Source of the DNA: Octopus vulgaris
Taxonomy: Eukaryota
Direction: 5' to 3'
Length of the DNA stretch: 64,000 nt
Assembly (NCBI GenBank): GCA_951406725.2
Contig: OX597823.1
Coordinates: 34,844,001-34,908,000 of the forward strand
Part shown: positions 13,201 to 25,200 of the stretch, in pieces
How positions within the stretch are numbered: the stretch's first letter is position 1
How the letters are laid out: every line of letters starts with the position of its first letter
Program-made: the position numbers and the translations under genes
Notes under the pieces: model-generated
Seen by the model: only the letters and a program-made list of their open reading frames with translations
Databases searched by the model: none
What the model was told of the DNA's origin: nothing

Positions 13201-16200
13201 ATTAAATGCATGGTTGAACAAAATATTAAATGTATGGTTGAACAACATGGTATTACAAAATATATTGTTTATCTAAACTTTATCTATCAGAGCATGAAAA
13301 GAAAACCATTACTATAAAGATTTGCTTTCAGCTGTGGTGTGAACAATAGTTCTGTGTGAACCTGTTGCCAATGGTAACTAATATTTTAGGTACAGTTAAA
13401 CAGATATTTTATTTAGCAGAGATAGAAAGTAATTAGACCAAGTTACACTTTACTTCGTTTATGAACTTTCAAGCTTAAATTCCTATTTCACCAAGATAAA
13501 CTTCTCTACTTTCTTGAATCAATAAACAAAAAAGGTATTTGTATTGTATTGAAGGTAATTAAGGTAAAAAGCAGGTAGAATTGTTAGTTTCAGAAAATGG
13601 TTTGTAGTGTTTGTTTTGCTTCTTTACATTCTGAGTTCAAATTCCGCCAAGATCAACTTTGCTTTTCGTCCTTTCAGGGTTGATAAAATAAAGTACCAGT
13701 CATGTATTGTGGTCAGTTGTATTAACTCCCTCCCCTCAAAATTGCTGACCTTTGCCAGAATTAGAAAGAATTATATTAGAAGTAATATCATCAATAATAT
13801 TGACTTTATATCTGATTAAATGAATTTTAGAGTCCAGCGAAGTATCTTTTTTTCTCTGTTAATGATTCATTTACTAATTAACTATCTCAATCAGTTAAAA
13901 TTCTTTTCACATGCAAATTACGTTTTCCATAAAAACCTGAATATTTTAGATATAGTTTCAGTATCACATTTCTCTTTTTATAAGATTAATGTCGAGCATA
14001 AATGGACTTATGGTAAGTGTAATTCTAGAACAACTCTGCTATCTAATTTTTATAAATTTAACTCTTTCGATACCAACCTGGCTGAAACCAGCTCTGGCTC
14101 TGAGTACAAATGTTGTTTTGAATTAAAATCTTCCACCAAACCTTAGTCACAATTTATGTTCCTAACACTAGCTAAGTTATTTTCCTAAATTCTTTTTTAT
14201 ATTTAAAGTAATTGAAAGAAACACAGAGCATCTCAAAATAAATACAATAACAAAAGGGTTAAATTCATTAAGAATTTACCACTGGAAATGCTCTCTATCC
14301 TAAAAAGTGACATTGGTTATATATTGGCATAACCAATGAAAGAAAATATTTTACCTTATCATGAACTATTCTCTTACATTTGAATTTTAAATTTTATCTG
14401 AGATGAGTTGGTGTAAATAAGATTCTAATTATTTGGAACATGTAACCAGACTGCAGATTTCAGTGTTTTTACCTTGTACAGCTTGATACCTTTATGCTCT
14501 GATTATGTCAAGGAGAGATTCAGGTTATTGTAGAGCCCATGAATTCTAGATCACTCCAATTTATTCTGGAAAAAGGACAGTGACAAAACCACATACCATT
14601 ATTTTCTGTACAGGGTTAAAAGAGAAATGTTAGACGTGAATATATCAAAACCAACTACTTTGAGTCGCATTATCCATATAGTATTAAGAAATGAGTTGTC
14701 AAATATCTACAACATTGAGCAAAAAGAATCTGCACCAACATATCAGTTTATACAGAAGAAATGCATTATATCCATGAGTAACGAATATCCAGCCCATCAT
14801 ATACTCACAGCACACTTCAAAGATTCCTCAACAAAGTTAAAACTATCTTGAAATAGCCAGAGCATAAGAACTGCATCTATAACATTTCATTTATTTGTGA
14901 AACGTTTTAATAATGGGGAAACTGGGAGATTGAAACTTGTAAATGAGAGGAGAAATACATATGTCAGGAAGGTCTAATAATGAGGATTGGAGGGGGTGCA
15001 GTGTTTATAGGTAATTATTGTATTTATATAACTTTGTAAAATACCATATGTCACTGTATCAATATTTATATGGCATTCATCATCATCATCATTGTCATTT
15101 AATGTCTGTTTTCCATGCTGGCATGGGTTGGATGGTTTGACTGAGGACTAGTGAGCCAGAAGGCTGCACCAGGCTCAATCTGATTTGGCAAAGCTTCTAC
15201 AGCTGGATGCCCTTCCTAATGCCAACCACTCCGAGAGTGTTGTGGGTGCTTTTACGTGCTACTGGCACGAGGGCCAGTCAGACAATTCTGGCAACGACCA
15301 CACTCAAAGGGTGTTTTTTACATGCTACCTGCACAGGAGCCAGTCTGGTGGCACTGTTAAATTATATCCCCCTATACAATATTTACGACATTATGTAAGG
15401 CAGCAAGCTGGCAGAAATGTTAGCATGCCAGGTGAAATGCTTAGCAGTCTTTTGTCTGTCTTTATGTTCTGAGTTCAAATTCCGCCAAGGTCGACTTTGC
15501 CTTTCATCCTTTTGGGATCAATAAATTAAGTACCAGTTTCATACTGAGGTTGATCTAATCGACTGGCCCCCTCCCCAAAAATTTCGGGCCTTGTGCCTAG
15601 ATAGAAAAGAATATTTATATTATTCTTGATGGTTTATATTAACATTTAAACATACTAATATTTTTGTTTTAATATATTGCAAATTACATTTTTTCCACTG
15701 ATTTCTTCTTGTTTTTTAAAAGTTTCTCTTTTTTTCTTTTTTTTTGCCAGATAAATGACCAGTTTCATTACCATTCTGATCTAAAGTCAGAATCAAAAGA
15801 TTTTGTCCTCTCTTTTGTAAATCAGGCTAATGCCAATGCTGCAAATTCTGTAATCAACCCTGGTGTTGGCTCAAATCTTACTAACCCTTCAGTCATGCAA
15901 GTAATGCAGAGCAATCTTCTTCCCACTCAGCCGGTCACCTGTCTCACTTCAGTTCCTTCACCAACATTGACATCATCTAACATTAGCACCATTGTAAACT
16001 CTAAAGTGAAGATTAAACCAAGAATGTCTGATGGCCAGAATCCTTTGACTACTTCCAAGACCAGTAAGTGTAAAGGAAAATGTTTTACTATTTATTTTCA
16101 ATATATTTACCATTGTTAAGGCAGCGAGCTACCAGAATCGTTAGTCTGCCTGGCAAAATGCTTAGCGGCATTTCATCCATCACTACATTCTGAGTTCAAA

Positions 16201-19200
16201 TTCAGCCATGGTCGATTTTACATTTCAACTTTCCAGGGTTGATAAAGTAAGTACCAAGCTGCTGGCCCTGTGCCAAAACAGGAATCCAATATAATTACTG
16301 TTGTTTTCTTTCAAATCTCTTCTGAATCATGCATTTAGATATTGACAAATATAAAATACAGAAGTTTGTCTTGTACAACTGCCAGCTTAAAATCTTTGCT
16401 ACCTTGGTAAGAAAATATCAGTTATTGAACAAGTAAATGTTATAACCATCCATTAACGAAAGATTGTTATAAGCTATTCTGGTATGGAATAAGAATGAAT
16501 ACCTCTTTAAATTCCTGCTAACATACATTTGTCAGAGTTTTCTGGAACAGTTAGCTCTTTACATTCAGCTTACTATAGTTTCAGTTGAGGAAATTGTTTT
16601 AACATGTCTTTTCTAGCTGGTATTTGTAAGAAACAGACTAAGAATTTTAATTTCCTCATCATCATTATATTTTAACATCCATCTTCCATGCTGGCATGGT
16701 TTGGATGGTTTCACAAGATCTGACAGGTCAGAAGACTTTATTGTGCTCTAATGTCTGTTTTAGCATCGTTTCTACTGCTATACTCCCTTCCTAACACCAA
16801 CCGCTTTACAGAGTGTGGACTGGGCACTCTTTACATAGCACCAACACACGTGAGGTCAGCATGTAGCTCACAAGAGCAAGATCTTCTTCAACTGAGTGGG
16901 GCTGCAGTAACAAGTTAAGATAAAATGTATATATTCTAGTATATTAGCTGTATATTTGTCAGAATTCAAATAATGAAGTCAGTAGTCAGCTTAACTAGTG
17001 TATCTCAGCCACGGAACTAAAAACCTAAGCTTATATTGGTCAATTTCAAACTTGGAAACTTAATCTAAGAACAATTTGGCAAATAAAATCTCAAATTTTA
17101 TTCCTACATATTTTTTTTTAATCAACACCATAGCCTCTATGGAGTCACATAGCCTGCTAGAAATAATTGCCAAATCTCCCTCAAGCCACTCCTTAAATAC
17201 AGAAGGAACACATTGAATAATGTAGACCTAGATACCCTTAAAAAGGTAGGATAGTCACAGATGGAACGGTTTTAATCATGGATATGCTCACTCAGAGCTG
17301 ATCTGAAACTAGATCATCATCATCATGTTAGACAAAAAGTTAATACATTATTTATATTATTAATATTTGACGGATATTTGTCCTCATCTTGTTTGTTGTT
17401 AACACAATGTTTCAGCTGATATACCCTCCAGCCTTCATCATTGGGGAAATTTCGAACCTGGGTTCTCATTCCTACAGGCATATGGCATAGTGGTTAAGAG
17501 TGCGGGCTACTAACCCCAAGATTCCAAGTTCAATTCCAGGCAGTAACCTGAATAATAATAATATCGAAAAATACCTTAGGAATGAGAACCCAGGTTCGAA
17601 ATTTCCCCAAGACATCCGATGAAGGCTGGAGGGTATATCAGCCGAAACGAGTTAACAACAAACAAGATGAGGACAAATATCTGTCAAATGTAAATAATGT
17701 AAATAATTCCTCTTCTCTTAAATATAGAACTGAAAGAGTGAATACAGCTTATGTTGAACTATCCTAAAGAGGAAAATTGCAATATACTATTTATGAATAA
17801 CAACACAGACATTAACTATAGAAAAGAATGCTGAACTAACCCTGTAGAATAAAAGCACTTAGCTATAGATTTTAATTGCAGATGATTTTTTTTTTTTTGA
17901 TTTCCTTGCTATTGTTAATTGAACAGATGGTGAATGCTGGCCCACCTCAGTGCCACCACAGACCACATCAAATGGAATCTCAGTACCAAACTACCCAGTT
18001 TGTTCTTCAACAGATCTTCACCCACAGAATGATGCAACTACAGTTACATCTGAATTTATTGACATGAATGGCACCAATCCTTTGCATTCCAACCTAAATA
18101 ATAGTGTAAGTGAACAATAATGCCTTTTGTAGGACAATCAATCTATAGACATGCATTGATCTTATTACATTTTACAAGATGCTTCATCATCATTGTCATC
18201 ATTTACTTCCCACATTTCCATGCTTGCATGGGTTGGATAGGATTCTGTTGAGACAGATTTTTCTACCACCAGATGGCCTTCCTGTCACCAACTCTCACCT
18301 ACCTTCTATCCAAACAAAGTAATATTTCCCTATGACCAGACAAATGTCTCTGCTTGTATGTTGGTGACACAACTATCGTTTAGTGTCACTACAAGAAGAC
18401 AGTAACACACACACACATACTCACACACATGTACATAAGTATGTGAGTCTCCTTGCCTTGACATCATGTGATACTTGTAAATGAGTGTCACTAAATATAC
18501 AAGCAGTGTCATCTGTTTCCAGTCTTGTATGAAACTCTGTCTGGCCATAGGGAAATATTAACCTTTCTTGGAAATGGTGAGGGTTGGTGACAAGAAGGGC
18601 ATCTAGCTAAAGAAAATCTACCTCCACAAATTCCATCTGAACCTTGATGATCACCTAATCAGTAACTTACTGCCATCATCTCCATCTACACCATTTACAA
18701 AATTTTTTATATTACTGCCTCAATGTCTTTCTTACTTTTGCTTTCTGGTAGACTTTCTGGCATGTTCCTTATCACACTAAAATAAAAAAATTTGTAGGAA
18801 TGAAAAAACTTTTTTATTGAATATTCTCTCGTTGATATTTGCTACCAAATTACCTGGTCTGATAAATTATCTGTAATAGCATTTATTAAAACCCCTAACA
18901 TTATTTTTGTTCATTTTTTTTAAAAACTATTTTACCCATATAATTTCTTTGCTTTAAGTACCTGAGAGTGTTTATTTTTGGAGTTGTTGCTTTAAATGAT
19001 TACCATATTCAACATATTCTCAGTTACACTTTCAGCATTTTATTTGTGAAACTCAACTTTCAAAAATATAATCATGTCTCTTCTTCACCTTGAATTATAA
19101 TTGTTTTATTGTTTACACAACTACCCTCTACTAGACTAATACAGATTCTTGTTCATCCTCACCATCATCATCATCATATATCCACTGGATGTCCTTCCTA

Positions 19201-22200
19201 ATATGCCAACCACTTAATAGAGTATACTGGATGGGTTTTTTTTTTTTTGGCACCAGTGAGATTATCAGGGAACTTTCAAGACAAAAAGCCTCTCAAGTGA
19301 GGGAGGTGGCCTTATGTCAGTTAATGACATATCAACCTGTGTCTTCTGTACTCTCTATTTCTCTCTCTCTCTATCTATCTCTATGTTGTTTGCTTAATGC
19401 TGAAACATTATGAATACTCAATATCTGATGTCAGTGGAGAGTAGAATTAACAGTTTTTAACTGATGGTATGTCTATTATCTCAAATGTGAAATATTTCCC
19501 TTTATTCTTTTAATGATTTCCAGTTCAAAGCATTAAAACGACAACAGAGAATGATCAAAAACAGAGAATCAGCCAGTTTATCACGGAAACGGAAGAAAGA
19601 GGTATGTCATGTTATATCTAACTTTTAAAACTGGTTACACTTTACCTTGCTGTAATGAATTCTAACCTGTCCCCTTCCTACTTATTAACCATGGCATCTC
19701 CTTTGGCACTGTTGCCTTATCCGGTTCTTCTCACAAGACACAAAATCCTTTGAAACTATCCTATGTGATATCACCCCTGGTTCTAAGATGTAAACTTTGT
19801 TTAAACTCATCATCATCATCATTTAACGTCTGTTGTCCATGCTGGCATAGGTTGGGCAGTTTGACCGGGGCTGGAAGGCTACACTGGACTGATTTGGCAT
19901 GGTTTTCTACAGCCGGATGCCCTTCCTAAAACCAACCACTCCAAGAGTAATGAGTACTTTTACATGCCACCGGTATGGGTGCCATTTGCATGACACCAGT
20001 ATCTGCCATGATAGTGATTTTGCTTGGCTTGATGGGTCTTCTTCTCAAGCATGACATAATGTCAAAGGTCTCAGTCATTGCCTCCATGAAGCCCAAAACT
20101 GGAAAGGAACTTCAGCCTCCATGCGGTCCAATAATCAAAAAGTGCCCTTTGCACTTGCACAGGTGCAAGTTACGTGACACCAGCATCGGCCATGGCTACA
20201 ATTTCACTTGATTTGACGGGTCTTCTCAAGCACGGCATATCACCTCAAGTCTTAGACACCAGTCATTGCCTCTGTGAGGCTCAAAGTTCGAAGATTATGC
20301 TTCACCACATCATCCCCTGTCTTCTTGGATCTATCTCTACCACAGGTTCCTTCCACAGTTAGAGATCAACTCAACTTTACATAGCAGTCCTCATCCATAT
20401 GCATCACATGATCATACCAGCACAGTCGTCTTCCTTGCACACCACATCTGATGCCTCTTATGCCTAACTTTTCTCTCAATATGTTTACACTCTGTCATAC
20501 ATACATTCTGACATTGCACATCCAGCAAAATATACTGGCTTCATTTCTCTCAAGCCTACACATGTCCTCGGCCATCACAGCCCATGTTTCTCTGCCATGT
20601 TGCATAGTTGTTCACACACAGGCATCATATAATCTGCCTTTCACTCTGTTGCCAGCAGAAGTAGGAGCTCTCTAAACTTTGCCCAACCTAATCTTAATCT
20701 CACAGCTATGCTCTTGGAGCATCCACCTCTGCCACTAACTTGGTCACCTAGACAACGGAAGCTATCTGCTACTTCCAACTTGCCTCTCTGGCAGTTGATG
20801 GAGTCTATTTTCTGTACATTTTCAGTGTTTATTGTTCCTGTGCATTTTCCACATACAAAAGCTGGTTTCCCTGTTAACCTTCCTCTGATATTGCTGCACC
20901 TTTTATGTGTCCAAAGCTTACATCAGGTGCATCTTGTGGAGTTTCTACCTTCGCCTTTTCTACAGATTGAGCAGGACCATCTACCTGAAGGGATTTGTTG
21001 TCTGCCTTCCTATTTACTAAGATTTTAGTTTTTGCTAGGTTAACTGTAAGCTCCTTTCTATTCTAGACCTTGTTTCCATACCTGCAACTTCTCCTCTAGT
21101 TCTGGTCAACAGAGGAACTCTTAGGAGCAACCTGTCTCAAATTCCTCTGTTATTGCCTGGAGGACTAAAACCCTTCATCAAAATTTCATGTTAATGTTCC
21201 AAATCCGAACACCAGCTCAAGAATGACAAAGCTTTTCATTATTTTCAAAATTGATTGAAATGAAGAAATTAGTTAATTACCAGTTAAAATGACTCAATGA
21301 AAGAATACTAATTATGCTTGAACTACATGTATCAAGGTTCACATCCATAATTTGTGCACCGATAAACCAAGTAAATTGATTTTGTGCCACACAGTAAGAA
21401 AAAACCTCGAAGTTATACACAGTCAAAATCACACACATTCAAAATTTTCCATGTTATACACACTGTCAAAAGTCTCAGTGTTACATATACAGTCATGTAA
21501 CTGTGTGATAAGAAGTTTGTTTCCCAACCACATGGTTCTGGGTTCAGTCCCACTGCATAGCACCTTGGGCATCTTCTACTATGGTCCTGGGCCAACAAAA
21601 GATGGAAACTGAAAGAAGCCTGTTATATGTATCTATGTGTATATGTCTGTTTTGTTTTCCACCACTGCTTTCCAAACAGTGTTGGTTTGTTTACATCTTC
21701 ATAACTTAGCAGTTTGCCGAAAAGAGACTGATAGGATAAGCACCTGGCTGGAAAATAAAATAAGTACAGAGTCAATTTGTTCACCCAATCGCTTTAAGGC
21801 AGTGTTGCAGTCACCAGACTGCAACAAGTTAAAGACAAACTAGCAAACACTCCAGTGTTAGACAAACAATCAAAAGTTTCAGTGTTATCCACACAACCAA
21901 AAGTTTTAATGTTATACACACACTCAACAAGTTTATAGTTTCCCAGGATATTTCAAATAAAAGGTTTATAATTATTATTTTCAAGATTACAGTGTTTTTA
22001 AGCTTCCATGGCTGGTTTTCACTACTCAGTGATGCTGTGTGATTTTAAACATAAGTTTACCTCAATATTTTGTTGAATGCTTATTTTTATTTCTTTTTCT
22101 CTTTTTGTCACTTTTCTACAACTCATGTTTTTCAATATTCCTTCTGTCATACTTTGTTATGAGATGTATTGGTAATATTCACATTTATAGTCCTAAATTT

Positions 22201-25200
22201 TATTGTAACCATCTTAATCTATTTTGGGTTGGGGTTTTTTTTCCACAGTATCTCCAAAACTTGGAAACAACTTTAAATGAATTCACCAAACAGAATGATG
22301 AACTTCAAAAAGAAAACCAAAAACTGAAAAATAAAATTTTCCTACTTGAATCTGAGGTATTGTTGATGGAAAAGTTTAAATTTCCAAAAATTACACATTT
22401 TAAAATACTTGATCAACGTTCATTAGTACAAAGTTTGATGTCCATAACTGTATTGTCTCAAAAATTTATGTTTATATCTAAAAATTGTGCTGCTTTTGTT
22501 TTCAAATTGAGCTTAAAATCTTTTTAATGGATCAGAATTCCTTTCTAAGATGTAACCTTTTGTTTGTTTGGGTTGTTTTTCTGGCTGAATTTCTTTTCTT
22601 AATGCTGTCAGTATTAAAATAATAATATTCTACTTTTCTAATTTTATTTTCATAATTATCTCTTTACATTGTTAGGTTGTAGCTAACCCTACAGTTAATT
22701 CAGCTTACCTCTCACTTTGTCATCTTTCTTTGACCGTGTTCACTTCACAACCACATAGTGGCAGGTGTCTTCTCTATGGCCCCAGTTTGACCAACATTAT
22801 AGCCATCCTATAGATATTTATTTGTATATCAACAAAAGATATAAATATTAGCAAGAAAATCAAGAAAGGGGATCCTTTCAAATAAAAATACCCCTTGTGG
22901 TAGTTGTTCTGCACTGAGTTACAGACACTCTGAAATACAGTGATTCAGTGATTAGTCTATTGGAAACCTGTTATTTTTCATAAATCCTTTCATAAAATAG
23001 AATATTGTCCATGCTAGTTAGTCTTAGCTAGAAGACAACCATAAAAAAAGAAATCTCCAAAACAATGTCTTCTTTTTTACTTCTTTCTGCTTTAAAAAAA
23101 TTAGTTAATCTTGTCTTTAATGTCTACATAAAATTATTAAAAATAAACAATTTACCCATCTCTAAATAATTTTGTTACACTTGTGTTCTACAGAATGCCA
23201 AACTGAAGAAATGTGTTCCCGTGTTAAGTAGCAAAAAGACATTCCTTTTGACTATAGTTCTCATGTTAACAATGAGATTGGGACCACTCAGGTAAGAACG
23301 TTATCTCACTTTATGAATGGAGTCTTTCATAAACGAAATTACTTCTATATTTCTAGATTATTAGGTAAAAAAAAAAGTTGTATATTAGCTCCTGGTGTTA
23401 TATTGCTATTTTCTTGCTAGACTGAATTGTATTTTAATATGTAAACGTCTTGATGGAAAGACATCATTTTCAGACTTCGTTTTTCTTCAAAGCTTTACCA
23501 CAACAAATGTATTTTGCTAAATGTTTCAGACACTGCATTTGCAATTTCTTATGATGAGCAGATGAAGCTCTGTTTCAACATACAAGTTTTAATTGAAAAC
23601 TCATAGAGAACAGAGTTTAATTACCTGGGATGGGGCACAACTGATTCAAAAAGACAAAAGTATTTGGTAACATAACAGTTCTCATCCCAGTTTAGTCTAT
23701 GACCAATCTGATTTTTACTTTACAATTCATTTTCAGTCTGCTGTGTGGCACCTTGGGCAAGTAATTTCTTTTATAGCCCCAGGCTAACCAAAGCCTTGTG
23801 AGTAAGTTTTATAGACAGAAACTGAAAGAAGCCCATTGTGTATGTGCCTATATGTTTGTGTCTCCTTGCCTTCACATCATATGATAGTTACAAATAAGCA
23901 TCACTGTCATACAATCAGTGTCCCTCACTTCTAATCTTCCAGTAAAATATATCTACCCTTCAAGAAGTATTACTTTGCTTGGGAACAGGCAAGGGTTAAT
24001 GACAGGAAGGTCACTCAGTTGTAGACAATCTGCATCAATAAATTCCATCTGACTAAAAAACAATGAGGACAATGAACGATAGATTTCTTTACACTGCTAG
24101 AATGAGCTAACTGACTTTCCTACATTTAGATTTTTGGATATTGTTAAGGTATTGGGTTTGTTGCTTGATATCCTTCCCACCACTATAAGAGTGGAACCCA
24201 TTTGTCCGCTAAGTAGAATTATGTATGTTTACTAAAGCACAAAAAAAGCTGTAGTTATAAGGTCTAAAACCATGAGCATGTAACCAGTTGTCCCACATCT
24301 TCATATCACAAATTTCTGTACTTTATTTTACCACCTTCAATTATACTTATTGAATTTAATTTTTTCTAACATTAAATTCATTTTCTTCTTCACATATACT
24401 TTCCTACTGCAGTTACTTTTCTCTCAAAGACTCAAATACTGTAGAAAATTTAAAAAATGAATTCAGCATGCCACTTGGTCGGCATCTATTGTCATTTGGT
24501 GATAAATATGGTGGCAAGTTACTACAAGAAGCTTTGTCTTCAAAGTGGAGAGATAGAATGAGCAAAGTAGCACCCAGTAATGATGTTCTCTTTGAACACC
24601 CACCATTCCTTGCAAATAATACAGACTCTAAAAGACAGAAATGTTCAAGTGAGTTCAACAAAACAGAATCAATAAGGTAAGTCTTTCAGCATTTTCTCAT
24701 GCATCAGGATAATGCTTCAAATTAAACGTGTGTGTGTGTGTGTGTAGTACTTGAACATTTGAACAACAGTAGATTAAATAAGGTGCCTCAGTAGCACGGT
24801 AGGTGGAACATGTCTCATCAATCAAGAAAATTTACATTCATTGGCATTTAAATATGCATATTTGCTAGTAATTGAAGAAAATGAATGCGCCATGTATTAT
24901 CTCCCCTGTTACAGTCAAGCTCTATTTTTATGATTATCTAATTATAACAATATTGCATACAAGTAGTTACGAAATTATAATATATCATTAATTACACAGT
25001 TATAATTATTTTTAAAAAAGTAAAACCTATTGACTTTCCCTTTAGCATTCAGATTTTCGTTGTTAAAGCTAAGGCTTATTTATTCACATTTTAAAAAATT
25101 AATCCTGTGTTATCTTGTAGCATCAATATTTCAAAGTTGTAATTTTTTATTTTAAAATGATATTGTAAGGAAGTGTAAAAGGCCAATTCTGGTCATTTTG

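Noticed and set aside
17477-17550. Possible tRNA gene (also 5342 and 63388)
   Set aside because: A/B boxes are present but there is no convincing acceptor stem; best read as SINE heads.
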